Of a stretch of DNA of 64,000 bases, positions 25,901-39,700 are shown one piece after another. The notes beneath the pieces were generated by a model. It had not been told where the DNA came from and searched no databases. It was given only the letters and a program-made list of their open reading frames with translations. The stretch is taken from the NCBI RefSeq assembly GCF_009914755.1, contig NC_060930.1. One strand, 5' to 3'. Origin of the DNA: the human T2T-CHM13v2.0 reference genome, Homo sapiens. How positions within the stretch are numbered: position 1 is the stretch's first letter; the number at the start of each line of letters is the position of its first letter. The position numbers and the translations under genes are program-made.

Positions 25901-28040
25901 CTTTGTGATGTGTACATTCAACTCACAGAGTGGAACTTTCCTCTTTATAGAGCAGTGTTGAAACACTCTTTTTGTAGAAACTGCAAGTGGATATTTGGAC
26001 CTCTTTGAGGCCTTCGTTGGAAACGGGATTTCTTCCTATAACCCTAGACAGAAGAATTTTCAGAAACCTCATTGTGATGTGTGCGTTCATCTCACAGAGT
26101 GGAGTCTTCCGTTTGATAGAGAAGTTTTGAAACCCTGTTCTTGTAGGATTTCCAAGTGGATATTTAGACCACTTTGAAGCCTATGATAGAAAAGGAAACA
26201 TCTTCATGGAAAACATAGATAGAATCATCCTCAGAAACAACTTTGTGATGTGTGCGTTGAACTCACCGTCTTTAACCTTTCTTTTGGTAGAGAAGTTTTG
26301 AAACACTCTCTTTGTAAAGTCTACAAGTGGATATTTTGAGCCCTTGGAGGCATTCTTTGGAAAAGGGAATGTCTTCACATAAAAGGCAGACGGAAGTGTT
26401 CTCAGAAACTGCTTTGTGATGTCTGTGTTCAACTCACAGAGTTTAACATTTCCTTTGATAGAGCGGTTTAGTAACCCTCTCTTTGTAGAATTTGGAAGTG
26501 TATACTAAGAGCGCTTTGAGGCCTATGGTAGAAAAGGAAATATCTTTCCATAAAAGCTAGACAGAAGCAATCTCAGAAACTCCTCTGTGATGTCTGCATT
26601 CAACTCACCGAGTGGAACATTCCTCTTGAGAGAGCAGTTTGGAAACACTCTTTCTGTAGAATCAGCTTGTTTGTATTTGGACCTCCTTGAGGCCTTCGTT
26701 GGAAACGGGTTTTCATCTTATAAACCCAGACAGAAGAATTCTCAGAGTCTTCTTTGTGATGTGTGCTTTCAACTCACCGAGATAAAGATTTCTCTTGATA
26801 GAGCAATTTGGAAACACTCTTTTTGTAGAATTTGCAAGGGTACATTGAGAGCGCTTTCAGGCCTATGGTAGAAAAGGGAATATCTTTCCATAAAAGGTAG
26901 ACAGAAGCAATCTCAGAAACTACTTTGTGATGTGTGCATTCAACTCACCGAGTGCAACGTTCCTCTTGACCGAGCAGTTTGGAAACATTGTTTCTGTAGA
27001 ATCTGCAAGTGGATATTTGGACCTCTTTGAGGCCTTCGTTGGAAACGGGATTTCTTCCTATAAACCCAGACAGAAGAATTCTCAGAGACTTCTTTGTGAT
27101 GTGTGAATTCAACTCACAGTGTGGATCCTTCCTTTTGATAGAGCAGTTTTGAAACCCTGTTTTTGTAGTATTTCCAAGCGGATATTTGGAACGCCTTGAA
27201 GCGTATGGTAGAAAAGGAAATATCTTCCCATAAAACCTAGACAGAACCAATCTCAGAAACGACTTTGTGATGTCTGCATTCAAGTCACAGAGTTGAACAT
27301 TTCTCTTGATAGAGCAGTTTTGAAACCCTCTTTCTGAAGGATCTGCAAGTGGATATTTGGAACTCCTTTGGGTCTTCGTTGGAAACGGGATTTCTTCGTA
27401 TAAATCTAGACAGAAGAATTCTCAGAAACTTCCTTGTGATGTGTGCATTCAACTCAGCGAGTGGCACCTTCCTTTGGATACAGCAGTTTTGAAACACTGT
27501 TTTTGTAGTATTTCCAAGCGGATATTTAGAGCGCCTTGAAGCCTATGCTAGAAATGGAAATATCTCCCCATAAAACCAAGACGGAAGCAATCTCAGAAAC
27601 TAATGTGTGATGGCTGCATTCCACACACACGGTGGACCATTTCTCTTGATAGAGCAGTTTTGAAACACTCTTTCTGTAGAATCTGCAAGTGGATAATTGG
27701 ACCTCCTAGAGGCCTTCGTTGGAAACGGGATTTCTTCATCTAAACCTACAGAGAAGTATTCTCAGTAACTTCTTCGGATGTGTGCATTCGACGCACAGAA
27801 TGGAACATTCCCTTTGATAGAGCAGTTTTGAGACACCGTTTTTGTAGAATTCCCAAGTGGATATTTAGAGCACTTTGAAGTCTCTGCTAGAAAAGGAAAC
27901 ATCTTCATGTAAAAAGTAGATAGAATCGTTCTCAGAAAGTGCTTAGTGTCGTGTGCGTTCAACTCACAGAGTTTAACGTTTCTTTTGATAGAGCGTTTCT
28001 GAAACACCCTTCTTGTAGTAGCTGCAAGTGGATATTTGGA
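22939..28040 (+). repeat. HOR units U9-U10, two 15-mers (boundary 25489/25490)
   Basis: Marker ORF 23119 -> 25670 -> 28221. Confidence 0.95.
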
Positions 28041-31000
28041 CCTATTGGAGGCCTTCTTTGGAAATGGGATTTCTTCATGTAACTCTAGATTGAAGAATTC
28101 TCAGAAACTCCTTTGTGATGTGTGCATTCAATTCAAAGAGTGAAACCTCTCTTTTCACAGAGCAGTTTTGAAACACTGTTTTTGTAGGATTTCCAAGGGG
28201 ATATTTATAGCGCATTGAGCCTACGGCGGAAAAAGAAACATCTTCCTATAAAAACTAGACAGAATACTTCTCAGAATCTGCTTTGCGATGTGTGCGTTCA
28301 ACTCACAGAGTAAAACTTTTCTTTTGATAGAGCAGTTTTGAAACACTCTTTTTGTAGTATTTGCATGTGTATATTTAGAGCGCATTGAAGCCCACAGTAG
28401 AAAAGGAAATAACTTCACCTAAAACCTAGACAGAAGCAATCACAGAAACTACTTTGTGATGTGTACATTCAACTCACAGAGTGGAACTTTCCTCTTTATA
28501 GAGCAGTGTTGAAACACTCTTTTTGTAGAAACTGCAAGTGGATATTTGGACCTCTTTGAGGCCTTCGTTGGAAACGGGATTTCTTCCTATAACCCTAGAC
28601 AGAAGAATTTTCAGAAACCTCATTGTGATGTGTGCGTTCATCTCACAGAGTGGAGTCTTCCGTTTGATAGAGAAGTTTTGAAACCCTGTTCTTGTAGGAT
28701 TTCCAAGTGGATATTTAGACCACTTTGAAGCCTATGATAGAAAAGGAAACATCTTCATGGAAAACATAGATAGAATCATCCTCAGAAACAACTTTGTGAT
28801 GTGTGCGTTGAACTCACCGTCTTTAACCTTTCTTTTGGTAGAGAAGTTTTGAAACACTCTCTTTGTAAAGTCTACAAGTGGATATTTTGAGCCCTTGGAG
28901 GCATTCTTTGGAAAAGGGAATGTCTTCACATAAAAGGCAGACGGAAGTGTTCTCAGAAACTGCTTTGTGATGTCTGTGTTCAACTCACAGAGTTTAACAT
29001 TTCCTTTGATAGAGCGGTTTAGTAACCCTCTCTTTGTAGAATTTGGAAGTGTATACTAAGAGCGCTTTGAGGCCTATGGTAGAAAAGGAAATATCTTTCC
29101 ATAAAAGCTAGACAGAAGCAATCTCAGAAACTCCTCTGTGATGTCTGCATTCAACTCACCGAGTGGAACATTCCTCTTGAGAGAGCAGTTTGGAAACACT
29201 CTTTCTGTAGAATCAGCTTGTTTGTATTTGGACCTCCTTGAGGCCTTCGTTGGAAACGGGTTTTCATCTTATAAACCCAGACAGAAGAATTCTCAGAGTC
29301 TTCTTTGTGATGTGTGCTTTCAACTCACCGAGATAAAGATTTCTCTTGATAGAGCAATTTGGAAACACTCTTTTTGTAGAATTTGCAAGGGTACATTGAG
29401 AGCGCTTTCAGGCCTATGGTAGAAAAGGGAATATCTTTCCATAAAAGGTAGACAGAAGCAATCTCAGAAACTACTTTGTGATGTGTGCATTCAACTCACC
29501 GAGTGCAACGTTCCTCTTGACCGAGCAGTTTGGAAACATTGTTTCTGTAGAATCTGCAAGTGGATATTTGGACCTCTTTGAGGCCTTCGTTGGAAACGGG
29601 ATTTCTTCCTATAAACCCAGACAGAAGAATTCTCAGAGACTTCTTTGTGATGTGTGAATTCAACTCACAGTGTGGATCCTTCCTTTTGATAGAGCAGTTT
29701 TGAAACCCTGTTTTTGTAGTATTTCCAAGCGGATATTCGGAACGCCTTGAAGCGTATGGTAGAAAAGGAAATATCTTCCCATAAAACCTAGACAGAACCA
29801 ATCTCAGAAACGACTTTGTGATGTCTGCATTCAAGTCACAGAGTTGAACATTTCTCTTGATAGAGCAGTTTTGAAACCCTCTTTCTGAAGGATCTGCAAG
29901 TGGATATTTGGAACTCCTTTGGGTCTTCGTTGGAAACGGGATTTCTTCGTATAAATCTAGACAGAAGAATTCTCCGAAACTTCTTTGGTTGTGTGCATTC
30001 AAGTCACAGAGTGGAACCTTCCTTTGGATAGAGCAGTTTGAAACGCCGTGGTTGTAGTATTTCCAAGCGGATATTAGAGCGCCTTGAGGCCTATGGTAGA
30101 AAAGGAAATATCTTCCCATAAAACCTAGACGGAAGCAATCTCAGAAACTACTGTGTGATGGCTGCATTCCACACACACGGTGGAACATTTCTCTTGATAG
30201 AGCAGTTTTGAAACACTCTTTCTGTAGAATCTGCAAGTGGATAATTGGACCGCCTTGAGGCCTTCGTTGGAAACGGGATTTCTTCATGTTACTCTAGATA
30301 GAAGAATTCTCAAACACTGCTATGTGATGTTTGCATTCAAGTCACAGAGTGCAACATTCCTCTTGGTAGAGCAGTTGGGAAACACTCCTTTTGTAGAATC
30401 TGCAATGGGATATTTGGACTTCTTTGAGGCCTTCGTTGGAAACGGGATTTCTTCGTATGAATCTAGACAGAAGAATTCTCAGAAACTTCCTTGTGATGTG
30501 TGCATTCAACTCAGCGAGTGGCACCTTCCTTTGGATACAGCAGTTTTGAAACACTGTTTTTGTAGTATTTCCAAGCGGATATTTAGAGCGCCTTGAAGCC
30601 TATGCTAGAAATGGAAATATCTCCCCATAAAACCAAGACAGAAGCAATCTCAGAAACTAATGTGTGATGGCTGCATTCCACACACACGGTGGACCATTTC
30701 TCTTGATAGAGCAGTTTTGAAACACTCTTTATGTAGAATCTGCAAGTGGATAATTGGACCTCCTAGAGGCCTTCGTTGGAAACGGGATTTCTTCATCTAA
30801 ACCTACAGAGAAGAATTCTCAGTAACTTCTTCGGATGTGTGCATTCGACGCACAGAATGGAACATTCCCTTTGATAGAGCAGTTTTGAGACACCGTTTTT
30901 GTAGAATTCCCAAGTGGATATTTAGAGCACTTTGAAGTCTCTGCTAGAAAAGGAAACATCTTCATGTAAAAAGTAGATAGAATCGTTCTCAGAAAGTGCT

Positions 31001-34000
31001 TAGTGACGTGTGCGTTCAACTCACAGAGTTTAACGTTTCTTTTGATAGAGCGTTTCTGAAACACCCTTCTTGTAGTAGCTGCAAGTGGATATTTGGACCT
31101 ATTGGAGGCCTTCTTTGGAAACGGGATTTCTTCATGTAACTCTAGATTGAAGAATTCTCAGAAACTCCTTTGTGATGTGTGCATTCAATTCAAAGAGTGA
31201 AACCTCCCTTTTCACAGAGCAGTTTTGAAACACTGTTTTTGTAGGATTTCCAAGGGGATATTTATAGCGCATTGAGCCTACGGCGGAAAAAGAAACATCT
31301 TCCTATAAAAACCAGACAGAATACTTCTCAGAATCTGCTTTGCGATGTGTGCGTTCAACTCACAGAGTAAAACTTTTCTTTTGATAGAGCAGTTTTGAAA
31401 CACTCTTTTTGTAGTATTTGCATGTGTATATTTAGAGCGCATTGAAGCCCACAGTAGAAAAGGAAATAACTTCACCTAAAACCTAGACAGAAGCAATCTC
31501 AGAAACTACTTTGTGATGTGTACATTCAACTCACAGAGTGGAACTTTCCTCTTTATAGAGCAGTGTTGAAACACTCTTTTTGTAGAAACTGCAAGTGGAT
31601 ATTTGGACCTCTTTGAGGCCTTCGTTGGAAACGGGATTTCTTCCTATAACCCTAGACAGAAGAATTTTCAGAAACCTCATTGTGATGTGTGCGTTCATCT
31701 CACAGAGTGGAGTCTTCCGTTTGATAGAGAAGTTTTGAAACCCTGTTCTTGTAGGATTTCCAAGTGGATATTTAGACCACTTTGAAGCCTATGATAGAAA
31801 AGGAAACATCTTCATGGAAAACATAGATAGAATCATTCTCAGAAACAACTTTGTGATGTGTGCGTTGAACTCACCGTCTTTAACCTTTCTTTTGGTAGAG
31901 AAGTTTTGAAACACTCTCTTTGTAAAGTCTACAAGTGGATATTTTGAGCCCTTGGAGGCATTCTTTGGAAAAGGGAATGTCTTCACATAAAAGGCAGACG
32001 GAAGTGTTCTCAGAAACTGCTTTGTGATGTCTGTGTTCAACTCACAGAGTTTAACATTTCCTTTGATAGAGCGGTTTAGTAACCCTCTCTTTGTAGAATT
32101 TGGAAGTGTATACTAAGAGCGCTTTGAGGCCTATGGTAGAAAAGGAAATATCTTTCCATAAAAGCTAGACAGAAGCAATCTCAGAAACTCCTTTGTGATG
32201 TCTGCATTCAACTCACCGAGTGGAACATTCCTCTTGATAGAGCAGTTTGGAAACACTCTTTCTGTAGAATCAGCTTGTTTGTATTTGGACCTCCTTGAGG
32301 CCTTCGTTGGAAACGGGTTTTCATCTTATAAACCCAGACAGAAGAATTCTCAGAGTCTTCTTTGTGATGTGTGCTTTCAACTCACCGAGATAAAGATTTC
32401 TCTTGATAGAGCAATTTGGAAACACTCTTTTTGTAGAATTTGCAAGGGTACATTGAGAGCGCTTTCAGGCCTATGGTAGAAAAGGGAATATCTTTCCATA
32501 AAAGGTAGACAGAAGCAATCTCAGAAACTACTTTGTGATGTGTGCATTCAACTCACCGAGTGCAACGTTCCTCTTGACCGAGCAGTTTGGAAACATTGTT
32601 TCTGTAGAATCTGCAAGTGGATATTTGGACCTCTTTGAGGCCTTCGTTGGAAACGGGATTTCTTCCTATAAACCCAGACAGAAGAATTCTCAGAGACTTC
32701 TTTGTGATGTGTGAATTCAACTCACAGTGTGGATCCTTCCTTTTGATAGAGCAGTTTTGAAACCCTGTTTTTGTAGTATTTCCAAGCGGATATTTGGAAC
32801 GCCTTGAAGCGTATGGTAGAAAAGGAAATATCTTCCCATAAAACCTAGACAGAACCAATCTCAGAAACGACTTTGTGATGTCTGCATTCAAGTCACAGAG
32901 TTGAACATTTCTCTTGATAGAGCAGTTTTGAAACCCTCTTTCTGAAGGATCTGCAAGTGGATATTTGGAACTCCTTTGGGTCTTCGTTGGAAACGGGATT
33001 TCTTCGTATAAATCTAGACAGAAGAATTCTCCGAAACTTCTTTGGTTGTGTGCATTCAAGTCACAGAGTGGAACCTTCCTTTGGATAGAGCAGTTTGAAA
33101 CGCCGTGGTTGTAGTATTTCCAAGCGGATATTAGAGCGCCTTGAGGCCTATGGTAGAAAAGGAAATATCTTCCCATAAAACCTAGACGGAAGCAATCTCA
33201 GAAACTACTGTGTGATGGCTGCATTCCACACACACGGTGGAACATTTCTCTTGATAGAGCAGTTTTGAAACACTCTTTCTGTAGAATCTGCAAGTGGATA
33301 ATTGGACCGCCTTGAGGCCTTCGTTGGAAACGGGATTTCTTCATGTTACTCTAGATAGAAGAATTCTCAAACACTGCTATGTGATGTTTGCATTCAAGTC
33401 ACAGAGTGCAACATTCCTCTTGGTAGAGCAGTTGGGAAACACTCCTTTTGTAGAATCTGCAATGGGATATTTGGACTTCTTTGAGGCCTTCGTTGGAAAC
33501 GGGATTTCTTCGTATGAATCTAGACAGAAGAATTCTCAGAAACTTCCTTGTGATGTGTGCATTCAACTCAGCGAGTGGCACCTTCCTTTGGATACAGCAG
33601 TTTTGAAACACTGTTTTTGTAGTATTTCCAAGCGGATATTTAGAGCGCCTTGAAGCCTATGCTAGAAATGGAAATATCTCCCCATAAAACCAAGACAGAA
33701 GCAATCTCAGAAACTAATGTGTGATGGCTGCATTCCACACACACGGTGGACCATTTCTCTTGATAGAGCAGTTTTGAAACACTCTTTCTGTAGAATCTGC
33801 AAGTGGATAATTGGACCTCCTAGAGGCCTTCGTTGGAAACGGGATTTCTTCATCTAAACCTACAGAGAAGAATTCTCAGTAACTTCTTCGGATGTGTGCA
33901 TTCGACTCACAGAATGGAACATTCCCTTTGATAGAGCAGTTTTGAGATACCGTTTTTGTAGAATTCCCAAGTGGATATTTAGAGCACTTTGAAGTCTCTG

Positions 34001-34154
34001 CTAGAAAAGGAAACATCTTCATGTAAAAAGTAGATAGAATCGTTCTCAGAAAGTGCTTAGTGACGTGTGCGTTCAACTCACAGAGTTTAACGTTTCTTTT
34101 GATAGAGCGTTTCTGAAACACCCTTCTTGTAGTAGCTGCAAGTGGATATTTGGA
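28041..34154 (+). repeat. HOR units U11-U12, two 18-mers (boundary 31097/31098)
   Basis: Marker ORF 28221 -> 31278 -> 34335. Confidence 0.95.
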
Positions 34155-36705
34155 CCTATTGGAGGCCTTCTTTGGAAATGGGATTTCTTCATGTAACTCT
34201 AGATTGAAGAGTTCTCAGAAACTCCTTTGTGATGTGTGCATTCAATTCAAAGAGTGAAACCTCCCTTTTCACAGAGCAGTTTTGAAACACTGTTTTTGTA
34301 GGATTTCCAAGGGGATATTTATAGCGCATTGAGCCTACGGCGGAAAAAGAAACATCTTCCTATAAAAACTAGACAGAATACTTCTCAGAATCTGCTTTGC
34401 GATGTGTGCGTTCAACTCACAGAGTAAAACTTTTCTTTTGATAGAGCAGTTTTGAAACACTCTTTTTGTAGTATTTGCATGTGTATATTTAGAGCGCATT
34501 GAAGCCCACAGTAGAAAAGGAAATAACTTCACCTAAAACCTAGACAGAAGCAATCACAGAAACTACTTTGTGATGTGTACATTCAACTCACAGAGTGGAA
34601 CTTTCCTCTTTATAGAGCAGTGTTGAAACACTCTTTTTGTAGAAACTGCAAGTGGATATTTGGACCTCTTTGAGGCCTTCGTTGGAAACGGGATTTCTTC
34701 CTATAACCCTAGACAGAAGAATTTTCAGAAACCTCATTGTGATGTGTGCGTTCATCTCACAGAGTGGAGTCTTCCGTTTGATAGAGAAGTTTTGAAACCC
34801 TGTTCTTGTAGGATTTCCAAGTGGATATTTAGACCACTTTGAAGCCTATGATAGAAAAGGAAACATCTTCATGGAAAACATAGATAGAATCATCCTCAGA
34901 AACAACTTTGTGATGTGTGCGTTGAACTCACCGTCTTTAACCTTTCTTTTGGTAGAGAAGTTTTGAAACACTCTCTTTGTAAAGTCTACAAGTGGATATT
35001 TTGAGCCCTTGGAGGCATTCTTTGGAAAAGGGAATGTCTTCACATAAAAGGCAGACGGAAGTGTTCTCAGAAACTGCTTTGTGATGTCTGTGTTCAACTC
35101 ACAGAGTTTAACATTTCCTTTGATAGAGCGGTTTAGTAACCCTCTCTTTGTAGAATTTGGAAGTGTATACTAAGAGCGCTTTGAGGCCTATGGTAGAAAA
35201 GGAAATATCTTTCCATAAAAGCTAGACAGAAGCAATCTCAGAAACTCCTCTGCGATGTCTGCATTCAACTCACCGAGTGGAACATTCCTCTTGAGAGAGC
35301 AGTTTGGAAACACTCTTTCTGTAGAATCAGCTTGTTTGTATTTGGACCTCCTTGAGGCCTTCGTTGGAAACGGGTTTTCATCTTATAAACCCAGACAGAA
35401 GAATTCTCAGAGTCTTCTTTGTGATGTGTGCTTTCAACTCACCGAGATAAAGATTTCTCTTGATAGAGCAATTTGGAAACACTCTTTTTGTAGAATTTGC
35501 AAGGGTACATTGAGAGCGCTTTCAGGCCTATGGTAGAAAAGGGAATATCTTTCCATAAAAGGTAGACAGAAGCAATCTCAGAAACTACTTTGTGATGTGT
35601 GCATTCAACTCACCGAGTGCAACGTTCCTCTTGACCGAGCAGTTTGGAAACATTGTTTCTGTAGAATCTGCAAGTGGATATTTGGACCTCTTTGAGGCCT
35701 TCGTTGGAAACGGGATTTCTTCCTATAAACCCAGACAGAAGAATTCTCAGAGACTTCTTTGTGATGTGTGAATTCAACTCACAGTGTGGATCCTTCCTTT
35801 TGATAGAGCAGTTTTGAAACCCTGTTTTTGTAGTATTTCCAAGCGGATATTTGGAACGCCTTGAAGCGTATGGTAGAAAAGGAAATATCTTCCCATAAAA
35901 CCTAGACAGAACCAATCTCAGAAACGACTTTGTGATGTCTGCATTCAAGTCACAGAGTTGAACATTTCTCTTGATAGAGCAGTTTTGAAACCCTCTTTCT
36001 GAAGGATCTGCAAGTGGATATTTGGAACTCCTTTGGGTCTTCGTTGGAAACGGGATTTCTTCGTATAAATCTAGACAGAAGAATTCTCAGAAACTTCCTT
36101 GTGATGTGTGCATTCAACTCAGCGAGTGGCACCTTCCTTTGGATACAGCAGTTTTGAAACACTGTTTTTGTAGTATTTCCAAGCGGATATTTAGAGCGCC
36201 TTGAAGCCTATGCTAGAAATGGAAATATCTCCCCATAAAACCAAGACGGAAGCAATCTCAGAAACTAATGTGTGATGGCTGCATTCCACACACACGGTGG
36301 ACCATTTCTCTTGATAGAGCAGTTTTGAAACACTCTTTCTGTAGAATCTGCAAGTGGATAATTGGACCTCCTAGAGGCCTTCGTTGGAAACGGGATTTCT
36401 TCATCTAAACCTACAGAGAAGTATTCTCAGTAACTTCTTCGGATGTGTGCATTCGACGCACAGAATGGAACATTCCCTTTGATAGAGCAGTTTTGAGACA
36501 CCGTTTTTGTAGAATTCCCAAGTGGATATTTAGAGCACTTTGAAGTCTCTGCTAGAAAAGGAAACATCTTCATGTAAAAAGTAGATAGAATCGTTCTCAG
36601 AAAGTGCTTAGTGTCGTGTGCGTTCAACTCACAGAGTTTAACGTTTCTTTTGATAGAGCGTTTCTGAAACACCCTTCTTGTAGTAGCTGCAAGTGGATAT
36701 TTGGA
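34155..36705 (+). repeat. HOR unit U13, 15-mer
   Basis: Marker ORF 34335 -> 36886. Confidence 0.95.
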
Positions 36706-39700
36706 CCTATTGGAGGCCTTCTTTGGAAATGGGATTTCTTCATGTAACTCTAGATTGAAGAATTCTCAGAAACTCCTTTGTGATGTGTGCATTCAATTCA
36801 AAGAGTGAAACCTCTCTTTTCACAGAGCAGTTTTGAAACACTGTTTTTGTAGGATTTCCAAGGGGATATTTATAGCGCATTGAGCCTACGGCGGAAAAAG
36901 AAACATCTTCCTATAAAAACTAGACAGAATACTTCTCAGAATCTGCTTTGCGATGTGTGCGTTCAACTCACAGAGTAAAACTTTTCTTTTGATAGAGCAG
37001 TTTTGAAACACTCTTTTTGTAGTATTTGCATGTGTATATTTAGAGCGCATTGAAGCCCACAGTAGAAAAGGAAATAACTTCACCTAAAACCTAGACAGAA
37101 GCAATCTCAGAAACTACTTTGTGATGTGTACATTCAACTCACAGAGTGGAACTTTCCTCTTTATAGAGCAGTGTTGAAACACTCTTTTTGTAGAAACTGC
37201 AAGTGGATATTTGGACCTCTTTGAGGCCTTCGTTGGAAACGGGATTTCTTCCTATAACCCTAGACAGAAGAATTTTCAGAAACCTCATTGTGATGTGTGC
37301 GTTCATCTCACAGAGTGGAGTCTTCCGTTTGATAGAGAAGTTTTGAAACCCTGTTCTTGTAGGATTTCCAAGTGGATATTTAGACCACTTTGAAGCCTAT
37401 GATAGAAAAGGAAACATCTTCATGGAAAACATAGATAGAATCATCCTCAGAAACAACTTTGTGATGTGTGCGTTGAACTCACCGTCTTTAACCTTTCTTT
37501 TGGTAGAGAAGTTTTGAAACACTCTCTTTGTAAAGTCTACAAGTGGATATTTTGAGCCCTTGGAGGCATTCTTTGGAAAAGGGAATGTCTTCACATAAAA
37601 GGCAGACGGAAGTGTTCTCAGAAACTGCTTTGTGATGTCTGTGTTCAACTCACAGAGTTTAACATTTCCTTTGATAGAGCGGTTTAGTAACCCTCTCTTT
37701 GTAGAATTTGGAAGTGTATACTAAGAGCGCTTTGAGGCCTATGGTAGAAAAGGAAATATCTTTCCATAAAAGCTAGACAGAAGCAATCTCAGAAACTCCT
37801 CTGTGATGTCTGCATTCAACTCACCGAGTGGAACATTCCTCTTGAGAGAGCAGTTTGGAAACACTCTTTCTGTAGAATCAGCTTGTTTGTATTTGGACCT
37901 CCTTGAGGCCTTCGTTGGAAACGGGTTTTCATCTTATAAACCCAGACAGAAGAATTCTCAGAGTCTTCTTTGTGATGTGTGCTTTCAACTCACCGAGATA
38001 AAGATTTCTCTTGATAGAGCAATTTGGAAACACTCTTTTTGTAGAATTTGCAAGGGTACATTGAGAGCGCTTTCAGGCCTATGGTAGAAAAGGGAATATC
38101 TTTCCATAAAAGGTAGACAGAAGCAATCTCAGAAACTACTTTGTGATGTGTGCATTCAACTCACCGAGTGCAACGTTCCTCTTGACCGAGCAGTTTGGAA
38201 ACATTGTTTCTGTAGAATCTGCAAGTGGATATTTGGACCTCTTTGAGGCCTTCGTTGGAAACGGGATTTCTTCCTATAAACCCAGACAGAAGAATTCTCA
38301 GAGACTTCTTTGTGATGTGTGAATTCAACTCACAGTGTGGATCCTTCCTTTTGATAGAGCAGTTTTGAAACCCTGTTTTTGTAGTATTTCCAAGCGGATA
38401 TTTGGAACGCCTTGAAGCGTATGGTAGAAAAGGAAATATCTTCCCATAAAACCTAGACAGAACCAATCTCAGAAACGACTTTGTGATGTCTGCATTCAAG
38501 TCACAGAGTTGAACATTTCTCTTGATAGAGCAGTTTTGAAACCCTCTTTCTGAAGGATCTGCAAGTGGATATTTGGAACTCCTTTGGGTCTTCGTTGGAA
38601 ACGGGATTTCTTCGTATAAATCTAGACAGAAGAATTCTCCGAAACTTCTTTGGTTGTGTGCATTCAAGTCACAGAGTGGAACCTTCCTTTGGATAGAGCA
38701 GTTTGAAACGCCGTGGTTGTAGTATTTCCAAGCGGATATTAGAGCGCCTTGAGGCCTATGGTAGAAAAGGAAATATCTTCCCATAAAACCTAGACGGAAG
38801 CAATCTCAGAAACTACTGTGTGATGGCTGCATTCCACACACACGGTGGAACATTTCTCTTGATAGAGCAGTTTTGAAACACTCTTTCTGTAGAATCTGCA
38901 AGTGGATAATTGGACCGCCTTGAGGCCTTCGTTGGAAACGGGATTTCTTCATGTTACTCTAGATAGAAGAATTCTCAAACACTGCTATGTGATGTTTGCA
39001 TTCAAGTCACAGAGTGCAACATTCCTCTTGGTAGAGCAGTTGGGAAACACTCCTTTTGTAGAATCTGCAATGGGATATTTGGACTTCTTTGAGGCCTTCG
39101 TTGGAAACGGGATTTCTTCGTATGAATCTAGACAGAAGAATTCTCAGAAACTTCCTTGTGATGTGTGCATTCAACTCAGCGAGTGGCACCTTCCTTTGGA
39201 TACAGCAGTTTTGAAACACTGTTTTTGTAGTATTTCCAAGCGGATATTTAGAGCGCCTTGAAGCCTATGCTAGAAATGGAAATATCTCCCCATAAAACCA
39301 AGACAGAAGCAATCTCAGAAACTAATGTGTGATGGCTGCATTCCACACACACGGTGGACCATTTCTCTTGATAGAGCAGTTTTGAAACACTCTTTCTGTA
39401 GAATCTGCAAGTGGATAATTGGACCTCCTAGAGGCCTTCGTTGGAAACGGGATTTCTTCATCTAAACCTACAGAGAAGAATTCTCAGTAACTTCTTCGGA
39501 TGTGTGCATTCGACGCACAGAATGGAACATTCCCTTTGATAGAGCAGTTTTGAGACACCGTTTTTGTAGAATTCCCAAGTGGATATTTAGAGCACTTTGA
39601 AGTCTCTGCTAGAAAAGGAAACATCTTCATGTAAAAAGTAGATAGAATCGTTCTCAGAAAGTGCTTAGTGACGTGTGCGTTCAACTCACAGAGTTTAACG

